Shown here: piece after piece, positions 39,116 through 53,269 of the stretch
Position numbering within the stretch: the first letter of the stretch is position 1
How the letters are laid out: each line of letters starts with the position of its first letter
Assembly: GCF_001194135.2 (NCBI RefSeq)
Contig: NC_068982.1
Coordinates: 132,045,039 to 132,109,038, forward strand
Source: Octopus bimaculoides
Lineage: Eukaryota
DNA: 64,000 nucleotides
Direction of reading: 5' to 3'
Notes under the pieces: generated by a model
Databases searched by the model: none
The model's input: the letters and a program-made list of their open reading frames with translations, nothing else
Told to the model about the DNA's origin: nothing
Translations under genes and position numbers: made by a program

Positions 39116-40995
39116 TACATGTTCATGAAATTAATACGTTTTGCATTAGTACATTATCTTAACACTATGCACTTCGTCCATTTCAAGCTCTAATATTACA
39201 TCGAGTTCTACTTTTATTTTTGTACTACGCTTTGAAAGTATTCTTTTATCACTATACAAACGTGTGTACATAGATACATACATGAAAAATGTGTGTGTGT
39301 GTCTGTGTCTGTGTGTTTGTGTGTGTGCGTGTGTGTACATGTACAAAGCAATTTAGCGTGTGGGCGACCATTGGTTTCGCAGTTTCGTTCTTTTGACTCG
39401 ACATAGCTTTAAAGGATCTAATAAAATATAAGAAAAATTTTGAAAAATGTTTTTTTTTTAATCCCGTTTCAATCAAATATAATAACCCGTCATTAGAGCG
39501 CTGTGGTCATTTACATTTAATGTAATATTGAAATCACTGGAGAAATCAGTCATTTGTTTGAAGTTGAGGCAGGAACAAGAAAGTCATTTATGATCAAAGT
39601 AGGTTACATCCAACGATGATGTGGGAAACAAAATAGCGTTTGAAGAGAAAGATGAGTGTGAGAAGGAAAAAGTAAAGTGGATGACCGGAGAAAAACTGTA
39701 TGAAAAAAAAGCAAAAGAAATCTAAGGTGCAGCTATCTGTGCATATCTGGTTCTTGCTTGGTAAAGGTGGTGTCTCCCCAGCAAAACAAGTTTTTTTCAG
39801 GATTTTGTAGGTACTTTTCAAAGTGCCTGCACCTTGATGACACCTCTTATCTGGTATTGAAATTGAAACTTTCATTAAGGAGTTTTTTTCATTTTTTGAG
39901 GCCTGAAACTTTTGGGAGATTTTCTCTTGGAAAAAATAATACGAAGTTTTCCTTTTAATTTCCAGAAATGGTCACCTAATTTTGTAATGTTCTTTTTAGC
40001 TAAATGCCTGAAGAAGGATTTTTGATCTTAAAACTTTTGTTCACATTTTCCTCTTGCCACCCATATATGATGCTTATATATAACTTCTTGGGTTAGGGTT
40101 TTATAAATAGCGAGTTGCTTTCGTCTCTCCAAGCTTTTGCGTGTAACTGAGAAGGCAATAGAACCATCCTTTGTCAGTTTTGAAAACCAATACCTCATAT
40201 TTACTATATATTTACTTTGTGCACGCTACAAATAAACAGTAAATGCGACTTAGGCGCATTGTATGTGTATGTGAGTGTGTACATACATACAAAGCAACAA
40301 CCCTGCTAGTCGAATTTTTGAAACTAGTAAAAGATTAAAAAATAAATGTTTTAAGAGATGTTGTTTAGAAAGAAAATAGTCTACCAAGGCATTAAGCACC
40401 TAACGTGTTTTACGGATATTTATGCAATTTAATCTTTTCCTTGTGTACTTTTTCATGCCCTCGTTATCTTTGCTGTGAAAAACAGCAGATATTAAAGTGT
40501 GGATTAATTCATCATTTTCGCCCATCCTTTCGTGTTTCAGTGGTAATAACCTTCGTAGAGATAACTCCTATATATGACTCGTAGGGATATAGTGTTATCA
40601 GTTTGCTAAATCAAAACATTTTTACAATATTGAATGAGTTTTATTAAACATTGTTTCTTGCTCTGCAAATTTTTCATTTGTTCATTTCAGTTGATATCAT
40701 TTCATAATTAGAAATGTAATTAAGTTAATTTGTATTAAGCGATTGACTGATACATATTAAGAACTAATAATTCTCCACAAGATATGTTAGATATTGTTTC
40801 TATTTGTGTAAAAGTCATCAGAATACTGTGTTGATAAATATACGTTCATAAATATGAATCATACCAAATATGAATATACGTTTATTTTCTATAACTGTCT
40901 TTGATTTTAAATAAGATAATTATAAATGTACTCTCTAATTATTCACTGACTACAGATAATTCTATATAAATATGAAATCCATTTATAATTTCGCA

Positions 40996-41190
40996 AAGGT
41001 GGCAAGTTGGTAGACTCGTTAGCACGCCGAACTAAATGTTTAGAGGCATTTCTTTTGGCTCCTTACATTCTGAGTTCAAATCCCGCTGAGGTCAACTTCA
41101 CCTTTCATCCGTTTGAGGTCGATATAATAAAGTACCAGTCAAGTATCGATGTCGATGTAATCGACTTGTCTCCTTCCCTCAAGATTGTTA
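40996..41190 (+). mobile_element. tRNA-SINE family A, diverged
   Basis: aaggtggcaagttggtagactcgttagcacgcc...ctgagttcaaatcccgctgaggtcaacttcacctttcatcc. Confidence 0.75.
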
Positions 41191-41419
41191 CCTCGGACCC
41201 TGCAACAGACTGGCATGCCAACCAATGGAAATCTTGTGATCTCAGTCATTTATATGCGATGGAAACTGGGTAACCGGTCTTATGACTCCTGGGGCTCGTG
41301 AAAAACCTTAGCCAGTGACTTACCGCCATAGATGTATTGCTGTATCAATGACTAGAGAGAGAGAGAGAATATATTAATAAATGTGAGTGTGTCTACGAGG
41401 AAATATCAATATAAAAGTT

Positions 41420-41910
41420 TAAGATGTTCGCTTTAGTCGATCCTCATTGGAACCCAACTAAATGCATTCCTTCTTATAGTTGCCTTTACATCACCACCTT
41501 CAGTAATCTATCATCCAATACAGGTTGAATATAGCCGTTTCATTGCAGTTTGTAATATAACAACTCAGGATCAACGCTGTTCAATCTGGTCCTATCAGAG
41601 AATATCGTTATGTATAACATGGCCTTGCCATTGTGTGCAAAAGATGGTTCACAGTTTTGTTTCATTGAAGTGTTCCAACACTTTTACATCTCTCCATGCA
41701 AGAGAATTATGAAGACAAGCGCTTTATAAACCTTCAACTTTCGATGATGCCTATCTTGATCCCGTCGCAGCAGAAGAATCCTTTAAGCAGTTTCCAGAAG
41801 GCAGCATATGCAAGACATACGATTTCGAATTTCATCAGATATTGTGGCACCGTCATTGTAAACTGATCTCAAATAACAGGCACGATTAATTTGTTTAAAA
41901 GAATGGTCAT
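41420..41910 (-). mobile_element. Degenerate RTE-clade LINE fragment (post-RT region)
   Basis: Broken translation YLRSV...ISDEIRNR...AFWKL...KLKVYKALV...QWQGHV...DDRLLK follows RTE ORF motif order. Confidence 0.65.
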
Positions 41911-42926
41911 AGATTTTGATTTAAAAGAGAATGATCGTACCAAGTGCTAAATTTTGTTTGAAATATTAAATTCTAAAGGAAACATAAATAAATATGCCTG
42001 AAGGAGCCTGTAGATGTACGATGTGAATATCATTAACATATCAGAGAGAGAGCGAGAGAGAGAAATTGCAATTTATTACTTGAATACATAAGACATAAGT
42101 ACTTTGCCTCCCATCAGACACATAAAAACAAAAATGAAAGAAGGAAGGAAGGAAGGAAGGAAGGAAGGAAGGAAGGAAAGATAGAGGAGAAAGAGAACGA
42201 GATAAATATTAAAACGTCTAATGTAAAATAAGTCAGTGTCAGATCAGCGACGGCAAATAGCCGGGCCGAAGTAGTAGAGTCAAAATATCTTACATCCAGT
42301 CACATACGTTTCTTAAGATTTGTAATGCATTGTTTATATACTTCTATTACATACGTAACAGCATATATCGTACCCGTTTTCTATACATTTTATCTCTGAT
42401 GCGCGTGTTCTGTGCCTGTTTATGCATATGTGTGCGTGTGTACGCGCGTATATATGTGTGTACTTCTATCAAGTTATTCATTTGTTATGAACTTTTTGAA
42501 GATATAATGGTATATCAACATGCTAGCTGAAACAAAGATTAAAGTTTCAAATCTCTTGTGATATGTATTTTATGATAGATATTATATTGTTGTATGTCAT
42601 AAATAATGGTATATAACATAACGGTCGAGATACATAAATGTAATGAAATATCAGAAATAAGATATGATAAAATGTTGTAGATAGATACATATAGATAGAC
42701 TGATAGATTAGCATATATATANNNNNNNNNNNNNNNNNNNNNNNNNNNNNNNNNNNNNNNNNNNNNNNNNNNNNNNNNNNNNNNNNNNNNNNNNNNNNNN
42801 NNNNNNNNNNNNNNNNNNNNNNNNNNNNNNNNNNNNNNNNNNNNNNNNNNNNNNNNNNNNNNNNNNNNNNNNNNNNNNNNNNNNNNNNNNNNNNNNNNNT
42901 ATATGCAAATACGACATTGCTATTGT

Positions 42927-43069
42927 GGCTGTGTGGTAAGAAGCTCGCTTCCCAACAACATGATTCTGGATTCAGTCCCACTGCATGGCACCTTGGGCAA
43001 GTGTCTTCTACTATATCCTTGTGAGTGGATTTGGTAGTTTGGTAGACAGAAGCTGAAAGAAGCCCATCG

Positions 43070-43116
<47 letters not shown>

Positions 43117-43328
43117 TTGGATGTCTGTGTTTGTCCCCTCACCATCGCTTGATAACCGAAGTTGGTGTGTTCTCGTAAACCAGCGGTTCGGCAAAAGAGA
43201 CTGATAGAATAAGTACTAGGCTTACAAAGAATAAGTCCTGGGTTCCATTTGTTCGACTAAAGGCGGTGCTCCAGCATGGCCACACTCAAATGACTGAAAC
43301 AAGTAAGAGAATAAACGAATAAAGAATA
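42927..43328 (+). mobile_element. Near full-length tRNA-SINE family B with internal (TA)/(TG)n
   Basis: ggctgtgtggtaagaagc...caccttgggcaagtgtctt...ggcggtgctccagcatggcc...gaaacaagtaagagaataa. Confidence 0.85.
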
Positions 43329-43332
43329 CGCG

Positions 43333-43386
<54 letters not shown>

Positions 43387-44059
43387 TATATATATATATA
43401 TATATATATAAATGCTTGCAAATATTACGCTGTCTGTACATGTACAAGGTGAACACAAACCTTCTATCATGTAACTTAGTAAATAGCTTTTTTGTCCTGT
43501 GATAACAAATTCAGTAATTTATTGAAGAAAACATTTATTCAACAAAAATGTCCCCTAATTCGAAATATCTTTATAGTGTTCGTTCTTCCATATGTATGAT
43601 TCAAACATTTCGAACACATCTTCTATAAGACATAAATTGAAATTACTGCATTCTAAAACATACAAAAATGTTATTTCCTTTTTAAAGAAAGAAATTTACA
43701 ACAAAAATTTAAAATTATTTGTCAGCGAAACTTCCTGAAAAATAGCTGAAAAGAAATTCAATTCTACCGTATCCCCACAAGGCTATATAATGGCACTGAA
43801 CTCGATGCATAAGTAAATCCGGAAATAAAGAAGCAATAGTCCAGCAGCGTGGTAGCGAAATTGGGAAATATAATGTATTGATATCCTTCCTTTGAGACGT
43901 GTATGATGTTCGTTAAAATGAATAGAAAGAAAGAGAGACAAAGAGATGAATGGGAAGGAAAACGAAAAGAAAAATAGACACATTAAATTATAACTGTTGT
44001 ATTGGGATTGTGTTCCATTCTACATCGATTTACATGGACCATTTTGTACTTCTTTATGA

Positions 44060-44400
44060 TGGTATATATCTAAAATTATCAACCAAAAATAGAGCCCATC
44101 TCTTGACAAGTAACGCCCATCCAGGTCTTGTGACTTGCCCGAACCAATGTAACTCTTTCATGCCAGACGTCCCGATCAAGCGATGAGGAATAAATGCCTG
44201 GTCTGAGTTTTAGTCATATTGGTCTTTCGCTCACTGAAATACCTCATTTGCACACTCTGCGACCTCAGATCGTAGCAGTAGTTCGCTACGTGAACTGGTT
44301 GATCCTGGTCGTTGACAGTTTGTTGTCTGTTCACCCGCTCAACATCTCGTGGTATTCGTCACTGACTCAATAAGTTCATTTTCCAAAGTAGTTTACAACC
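44060..44400 (-). mobile_element. Highly degenerate RTE-like LINE 3' fragment
   Basis: RKTN and LHWFGQVTR motifs in shifted frames. Confidence 0.35.
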
Positions 44401-45028
44401 ATCATGCTGCATGCCATGATTTCAACGTCCCCTGGATGGGGTGGTTACATGCTATTTAGTCTATAGCTAAAGACATACAACTCACATTCAGAGTAAGATT
44501 CGAACAAAAACTGAAAGATCGCAACCAATATATGACAATTACACAACGTTCTCATTGCGTAATATTTCGTATTTACTACTATGGTAAGTCGGGCCATGAT
44601 AGAGATAGTTGCCGTGGCCAGAAACTCTGTGTAAAGCTTCTGTGGGATGTAGAGCGTGGAGCCCTTCGGCTAAAGATCAATACTCCGTCGACCCGCTCAC
44701 TCATTCGTGAATCACTCTCTAAATTTCACCTTACTAAAATTAATGTAATATCATATGTCATAACAAAAAGAAAATGCCAAAACGTTTAGTTGCACTTTGA
44801 ATTGTTAATATCGATGGTGGTACCACTCTACATGTAGTATCCAAGAAGGAGAAATGGCGAGATTTTCAAAAGAATTGGGAAATGAAAGAACATGGCAGTT
44901 GTATGTTTGAAGAATTAATGATGAGAGTCGTACACAACACGAATATATTGAGTTTTTTAGTCTAAACGGGTCCGAGTGTCTTAACCTTTAACTTCGTTCC
45001 TACGAACAGTTAATCCATATTTATACGT

Positions 45029-45087
<59 letters not shown>

Positions 45088-45181
45088 CGCGTGCGCGTAT
45101 GTGTGCGTGTGTGTGTGCTACATATATGTTCATATATGCGAGATTTCTATACATCTTAAGTTTGCAGAAGAATTTGTGGTG

Positions 45182-45256
45182 GGTAGTTTAGCTTAATCGG
45201 TTAAAGCACCGTGACACGTAATCACGGAGGTGTGAGTTCGCATCTCATAGCTGGTC
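45182..45256 (+). pseudogene. tRNA-like sequence (Thr-CGT-like), probably non-functional or a solitary SINE head
   Basis: D stem GCUU/AAGC, anticodon stem CCGUGA/UCACGG around CACGUAA, T stem GUGAG/CUCAU with UUCGCAU loop. Acceptor stem is weak (G.G mismatch, 3 wobbles); T7 run follows. Confidence 0.5.
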
Positions 45257-45482
45257 GCCTACATTTTTTTCTGTAAAATAGGGGTAGTTTATCCTGTTCA
45301 GGCTATATATATATATGCTTGTATGTATGTAAGTTGTAGCAGTGACTCTAGAGCCAAGAAGCTGATGCATAGCACATCGCCTTATCAAGTTTCATAATTT
45401 TAATGCATGGTGCATATCAAGTTTGATATGCTTGTGTATTTTCGTGTGCTTGTTTCTTTAGTCAACATATAATGTTCTATAT

Positions 45483-46065
45483 CAGTGGTTCCCAATCTGA
45501 GGTCTACGGATCCTTGTGGTCTGCAAAGGTAGTACCGAGGATCCGTGAACTAAATTCAAAATTTCATATATATATATACATATATATATATNNNNNNNNN
45601 NNNNNNNNNNNNNNNNNNNNNNNNNNNNNNNNNNNNNNNNNNNNNNNNNNNNNNNNNNNNNNNNNNNNNNNNNNNNNNNNNNNNNNNNNNNNNNNNNNNN
45701 NNNNNNNNNNNNNNNNNNNNNNNNNNNNNNNNNNNNNNNNNNNNNNNNNNNNNNNNNNNNNNNNNNNNNNNNNNNNNNNNNNNNNNNNNNNNNNNNNNNN
45801 NNNNNNNNNNNNNNNNNNNNNNNNNNNNNNNNNNNNNNNNNNNNNNNNNNNNNNNNNNNNNNNNNNNNNNNNNNNNNNNNNNNNNNNNNNNNNNNNNNNN
45901 NNNNNNNNNNNNNNNNNNNNNNNNNNNNNNNNNNNNNNNNNNNNNNNNNNNNNNNNNNNNNNNNNNNNNNNNNNNNNNNNNNNNNNNNNNNNNNTACATA
46001 AGGATAAGCATATTAAAAGGGGTCCGTGCGAAAACTCATTTAAATAAAAGGGTTGGGAACCACTG
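45483..46065. mobile_element. Non-autonomous hAT (Buster-type) element spanning a gap
   Basis: TIRs cagtggttcccaa / ttgggaaccactg; 8-bp TSD ttctatat / ttctatct with central TA. Confidence 0.9.
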
Positions 46066-49000
46066 TTCTATCTTTTAAAAGACGAAAAGGAGAAGCTGGT
46101 ATCTGAGATCTACACCTCTATCATGAAAATTATCGGTTTAAGAAACGAAAAATCACCGTGCTCTTGGTTTAATCATTTACGAATTATATTTTAATTATTC
46201 ATAAATGTGGACAACAACTGAATACTAATCAGAATACAGATCTCTGTCTGTGAATTTTATTTTCATGGCAATCTTAATATCTAATAAGAAAATATATGTA
46301 TGTATATAATTTGGATGTTTTTCTTTTCCCGAAGAACATTAAATTTCCCGAGAGAAAAATAGCAATTAATAGATAAAACTATAAAAAGAAATTAATCATA
46401 TAAATTGCAAATCATTTTTAGGGCAATATTTACATTGGACGTGGACGTACATTTTCCAAGAAAATTCCATCGAAGACTTCCATCGTCTAATTTATGTTTA
46501 ATAAACGATGCTGGGAGATGTTAAATATTTACTATGCGGCTTAGAAATAAATATTAGCTCTTTTGCTTTCCAATGCAAAACTTCATAAGAGGTTATGATG
46601 CTGATATCTAAAGTTGGTACAAGCCTACACATTTAAATCCATCTTAGTTCTTGGCTAGCGATCATTTTTATCGATTTCAGGAGGAGGAAAATCAAAACTG
46701 ACTTTAGTCGGGCGCTTAATATTTGGCTTTACAACTACTTGGTCTTTTGTCTAATCCTATGGCGCGACCCTTAGACTAATAAATGTTTCGATCAACGAAA
46801 AGCTTGTGACTTGAATTTCGTAGACAAAAACTGTGTAGAAGCAGTCAGTGGGGCCGATATTGTTCTTGTCTAGGAGACATAACCTGCTGCTCCGGTATAA
46901 CACGGTGAATTGCCTTACTACATTTGTCCCGACTCTGAGTTCAAATTCCACTGTGGGCAACTTCGTCTTTTATACTTTCGGGGACGAGTAAAGTGTACCA
47001 GTCCATATCCGTATGCTGGTAAGAACACAGGACTGGAAGCTTTACTGTATTTGTCCCGACCCTTTATGTTTTTGTGGTGGTGGTAGTGGTGGTGGCGGCG
47101 GTAGGAGCAGTGGCGGCGTGGATGATGATGATCAGGAGGAGGAGGAGGAGGAGGTGAAGTGGGGGAGGAGGGGTAAGAGAGGGAGGAGAAGGAGGATGAT
47201 ATAGTTCAAGCATTAGTGAGCTTGAATCTGAATAATATTTAGTTTCGATTTCAGCGCCAATCTCGATGAGATTAACTTAGCTTTCATATCTTCGTGGGTA
47301 ATTAATTACCATTTGTATAAATTATAAAGTATATTGAAGGAGAGTGAATCGACTACACACTTTCCGTTCCGTTTATTTACCTTGCCAAACCTTAATGAAT
47401 GTTTTACTTTATTATTTATAATAATTTCATTAGCTTTTCTGTCATGCATAATTAAATTATAGTTTATTTAAATTTGGAAACGAGATATTGAAAATTAACT
47501 TTACCTGCATTATGAAATTGGGCATATCTGTTTAGGCATAAATTTCAACAAGCCGTTAGCCAAATATATGCGTATGTTTCAGTACGTGTTTGAGTTTGAG
47601 AGTGTGTATATATTTGGGATTTATCGTGTGCCTCCTTCTTTGGGTTTTATTTATTAGAAATGTGAAGAGCTTAATAATACAAAATCAGGTTCAATACAGC
47701 CAATCATATTTATAAGTTTAACCTGATAAATTAACATAAATTTATTTCCTAGAGTAATCATACACAATTTGATGTAGGTTTAACTTCTAAATAATTTTTT
47801 AAATATTTATTTATAACATTATGATTATTTTATGTCTTTTTTGTTTCTTAAGCAGAGAAAATTCATCTCTATAGTAAATCGGTTAATAAACGGTAGAAAC
47901 ATATCCACGGTATTTGTGAGTTCAATTGATAACATGTCGCTAAATTCCAATACGTTATTACAATGCAGTAAATCCTGATGGTGTAAACTTGCATNNNNNN
48001 NNNNNNNNNNNNNNNNNNNNNNNNNNNNNNNNNNNNNNNNNNNNNNNNNNNNNNNNNNNNNNNNNNNNNNNNNNNNNNNNNNNATATATATATATATATA
48101 TACAGTATAATTAATTACTTATGTTATTTATGTAATTATATAAATGACTGTTTTTTTCTTATGAAACAGCTAAGCACAATAACATTATGAATTATGTGAA
48201 ATGTGAGCTTTTTCCTTTTTATTTAAAATAGCATAAGTTATTAAGTTATCGTAATTTGTCACAACATTGATTTTTGAAGCACATATCAAATTCAGCTTTC
48301 TTCTTAAAGTACAAATCAAAATTTACTCTATTGTTTTTAGTTATATATTTTTTGTTCTATAATTGAATAAAATAAGGTTTTTTGATGATAATGATTAGAA
48401 AAATGTCAGAAAAATTTATCAACTTGCAAGCCTGTAAGAATAATGCCTATGGGTTTTCTAACTTACCGATTAATCACAATTATTTATTAACGAGGTGCTA
48501 CGAATATTTTAAAAATTATATTAGCTCTTTATTCCTGCAAAAGTAACCAAAGGCATATCCCTGTTACCAACACTGTGTTAATATAACACGAATTGCATAA
48601 ATGAAAGATTACCTCCTGTACATTCGAATAGTAAAAATAGCTTTTAAAAAACATTAACTATAATTGTCCATTAAGTGGATTCGTTTTAAAAATCACTTAA
48701 ACAGAATAAAATTATTTCAAGAGAACTCTATGCTGGAATCGCATATTTAGACATTTCTTTGCAAAAATGTCTAAATATGTGGATCCAACATAAAATTATT
48801 TTCTTTGCTTTCTTTTTCTTTTTCTTGTTCTGTTAATAGCTATCGGATAGCTTTTTACGTTTCACATTATTATTATTAATTTGCTGATGTATGCCAAATA
48901 TAATAGAGAATTGAATAAAAGGCCATGCGATATTTGATAATGTTTCTTTTCGTTCTAAATTCAAAACGCATCGAGGTCAACTTTTTAATAACTCATCGTT

Positions 49001-49254
49001 TTGAATTTCCTTTTAAAAAAAGTTGTGTACTGTGACTGATTAGGGTTGATTAAAAGAATGCGTTGTTCTATGTCAAATTTAGAAATTATTATTACAACTG
49101 ATATGTCGATATTAACAACTTAAATAACTTTCGAGCTGTAAGTTTTAAAGACATTATTTCAGACGACCGTGCGTAAGTCAAAACTTGGCTACTTTGTTGT
49201 CATTCAGAAATGTATGAAACAGAATGCATAGCCATTTTGTCTCACACTATATAT

Positions 49255-49460
49255 ATATATGAGCACAAGACCTCAAATTTAGAGGATGAGTTTAGTCGAT
49301 TATAAAAATTTCAGTGTTTGGCTGTTACTTTTTATCTATCTCGGAAGAGTATAAATCAGAGTCGAAGTCAATGGTGTTTGAATTCGGAACTTAGACGTAA
49401 CTAAATATAACAACGCATTTTGTCTGACGAGTCTACCAATCTGCCGCCTCAACCTTTCTC
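49255..49460 (-). mobile_element. Old tRNA-SINE family A copy
   Basis: Degenerate cacaagacctcaaatt...agtcga...gtcgaagtcaatggtgtttgaattcggaac...caatctgccgcct. Confidence 0.45.
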
Positions 49461-50195
49461 ACTGTATTAATTAGAAAAATCTATGAAACAAACAAGAACG
49501 GACAGTTACTACTCAAAAGAAAAGTGTTTGATAAACACGCTCTTATTCCTTGTGTAAATTTACTAAACCAGGAACCAATTTCATTGGCTGTTTTCCATGA
49601 ATGTTACTGAACTAATAGTAGAACGACCCGTTTCCTTATTATATGATCGATTTGCCACTAATTGGCTCAGCTAAATACAATTATGTGCTATAAAATTAGA
49701 AAATATTTTTCTCTTTCACACAAATAATGACAAATCATTCATCACATTGTTGCATACTCATAAAATGACAATGTTGTATAGAAAACACTACATCAATCAT
49801 TAAGTCGTCTATCACCCACTGTAACCATAGAAGTATCCTTTTTCTTTCTTTCCTTTTTCTTTTGTTTTTGAGCAATATTCATAAACACTTCAGAAAATAT
49901 TAAATGAACCCGAAGGAAAATATTTTCAGTTAAGAACAACCAATTATTTTCTAGCATTTTGCTCTTAAAATCGTCATCAAAGCCTGGATTTTATTACTCC
50001 TTTAAAATACATGTATTCTATTTGCTTATGTATTTACATTGCCGTGCGCATATTTAGTTTCTTGTATCTTCATTTTATTAAGTGGAGAGGGTTCGATCAT
50101 TTCATATACTTGAATACAAGGATTCTTGTATTTTGTAATACATCCAATACCACATCCTACTTTTGTAATAATCGCTATTGTGCTATTATATTTAA

Positions 50196-50263
<68 letters not shown>

Positions 50264-52080
50264 CGTGCGCGTGTATGCAAAAGCATCGTCTAATGTCATT
50301 ACATTTTTCGACAATTTCATTTGATGTCATTTTCTATGCTCGTTGTTTTCTTCTACCGTCTGACTATTAAATGAATGACCATATCAAAGATAAAGGCAGT
50401 TCGTTTTGCATTTGGACTATAACACGGCTCGATTCACTTAACTCTCAAGAAAATAAGTCCTCGTTTATTTGAGAATATTATTGAGTTAAGTTGTTTTTTT
50501 TTATAAAAGTTATTTGGCTATTAGAATTTAATGTTCATGTTTTTTTTTTAACAAGTTAGTGAGGGAAGATATTGTACTTCTGACTTGTGCAGGACCCTTC
50601 CAGATAGGTGATATTAGTTCAGCCGATGCCAACCCAATCACTGCATGAAAATGTTACTGAAGAGTAAACTGAGGTTTGGCTGAACTTTTTACTAAAAACG
50701 TTTGCGTAGAAATAAACTTTGAAAAAGCAATGGATATTTCATGTTAGTACATCCGTCCTTCATTCATAACACAGAGATGAATAGCCAATATTTTATAAAA
50801 AGAATGTGATAGGAAGCATAAAATCAAAGTATTCATAAATTAAGATGAAATTAAATATTTATTTTCTTTTGTAAATATAAAATCTCTAAACAAGTAGAGA
50901 GAGTTGTCTGATCGAACAGCGCCTGCAGTTGGATTAAATCACATAGAGAGACATTAAATACAAATCATATAAAAAAGCTATTAAATAAATAATATGAAAT
51001 ACATAATTTGATATAATAATGATTATATTACAAAAATATAAATATGCTTGTTAATATAAAAAAAATTATTTGACTGAAATAAAAACAAAGCAGATCATAT
51101 GAAAAGCCAAATCTTTACAGATCTCGTCCACGACTCAAATTTAACATTGCAGACCACTACAATTTATTTCTGCGCTTTTATTTGTGTGTATGTGAATATA
51201 CCTGTATGTGTGAGTGCACATACTCTACTCTGCAACACTTAAATTTGAAAAAGTATGTCTAATATCCTTCTCAAATATATTGAACAAAACTAAAAACTAA
51301 TGAAATGATACTCATTCATGAGTCTTCTATCGAAAAATTGACTCCCTATCCATTCAATCATCGCAAGAGTGGTCATGCAACAGTTCTTGACTCGGAGGGT
51401 CAGGCAAAATAATTTGCGTTATTTAATTACTCTCCTTTACAATGTAATTTAAATCTTTTTAAGGTCAACATTGGCTTTCTGGTTTAAAAAAATAGGTTCC
51501 CATCAAGAACTAGATTCACTTTAATCGACTTTACTCTGATACAAAACCTGTGGCATTTTTGTCAGTGGGAAAAGACATTGTGAAATAACTACAACAGTCG
51601 GTAGAGTAACTGATACGAAAGGGTGTCAAACTAAATGCTCTGACATGTATAATTACGTTACTTTACATGAAATAAATGACTTGTAATATTATTTTTTATT
51701 ATTTAATTTCTGCTTTTAAATCCACCCGTAATTGACTTTGGTAAAAATATTACTGGAGATGTACAGCAGTTAATCAAATGTATTATTTCAATTTAAAATA
51801 TTCTACAAAATCAAACAAATTCTAAAGCCATCAGAAGACGGCAGAATGGCAGAAGCATTACGACACTTATCTAAATATTCCTGCATTTCTTGCCGTTGTA
51901 TTATCAGAAGTGTAGTGAGGCAATTTACCCAATTATTTTCCTTTACAAATTCATGGCTTGTGAGAAATAAAATGCATATTCGAGTTACATATTTTATTAA
52001 TAAAACAATTGTTTGTTGTTTGGTAACAATTGAGAAATGTCTAACATGACTTCATTTTATTCTTTTTCCAGACTTGAACC

Positions 52081-52150
52081 ATGAAGATTATAATCCTGTT
52101 AAGTATTTTATTAATTCTTCTCCAGGCCTATACAGGAACCTCCAGACGAT
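52081..52150 (+). CDS. First coding exon of a secreted or membrane protein (signal peptide MKIIILLSILLILLQAYTGTSRR, phase-1 donor); exon 52072-52150
   Basis: Branch-like CTAAC at 52041, polypyrimidine tract ttcattttattctttttccAG (52071), ATG at 52081, basic residue plus hydrophobic core plus small-residue cleavage region, GTAAGT donor at 52151. Confidence 0.7.
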
Positions 52151-52382
52151 GTAAGTTATACAATTTTCTTCTCAATGTATACTATGATGTAAGATAAAAT
52201 TAAAACCACACGATGTTTATACTTTATGACTACAATTTCTCTCACTATTCGTCAGTTATTCATCTTTTATCCGATCTATTTATTTACTTGTGTGTATATT
52301 GTGCACATGGGACTGAATGGGCATTGAATGAAAGGAAAATTAAATGAAAGCTGGTTAATCTACATATATATAAAATTGAGAA

Positions 52383-52469
<87 letters not shown>

Positions 52470-53269
52470 CCCTAAAACTCCAGAACTACACAACCAATTT
52501 CATTCAAATTTTACACATGCCTTACTTAGGGTTGTGTTTCAGTAACAAAACATTTTAACTTCTTGCATACTTCCAGCCCACAGCAATATCATATCTCCTC
52601 CACTATTTAAGTATTACGTGTCAAAAGTGAAACAAAAACACTCATGTCATTCGAACCGGAATCTCAAAAACATTGTCACCTCACATCTCATTCTCATTTA
52701 AGTACTACGACAGGCAAATAAAAATTACTTGTATGACATAAAGCTGATTTTCCTTAGTTCAATTATTATGACGCCTGCTAAATTACAGACAGTGTTTGAA
52801 TATGTTCCCGTGGTACCTTTTTTTTCTCTTGGCTTGACGAATTACCACTAGTTTGAAAATTATTTCGATCTTCTATTGCTTTAGCAGCATACAAATGTTG
52901 CCTGCACCTGTTTTTGTGACGTTGCTAATTAGAAATAGGAGTGAAATACAAAAATTGTGACTTGTGTGCTATCAGTTTGAAGAATTGTGGTACGAGATCT
53001 GTTTGATCTGCAAGAGGTTTTGTCCGATGAAATCAAAACCTTTCTGGACAGTATCAATAGATAGATGGAAACGAATCCATTCTTCTTAAATATGACTTCA
53101 TTGCTACGTATAACAATATTTAGAGCTCTAACTGCAGAAGACAACCCTAACTGCAGGAGACAACCAGAAAGAATATAAAATATCAAATAGAAGGCGAATT
53201 TAGAAAATATTTCATCATTCATAGATCATAATACAAATGTATAAACTTTGTTACTCGCAAATATCTACC

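Noticed and set aside
39740-39870. LLGKGG and YLVLKL words hinting at a kinase pseudogene
   Set aside because: They lie in different frames with stops, and none of the VAIK, HRD or DFG motifs is visible.
41820-41845. Minus-strand CUGAUGA-AAUUC-GAAA
   Set aside because: No stem II can form, and it is explained by RTE coding sequence (SDEIRNR).
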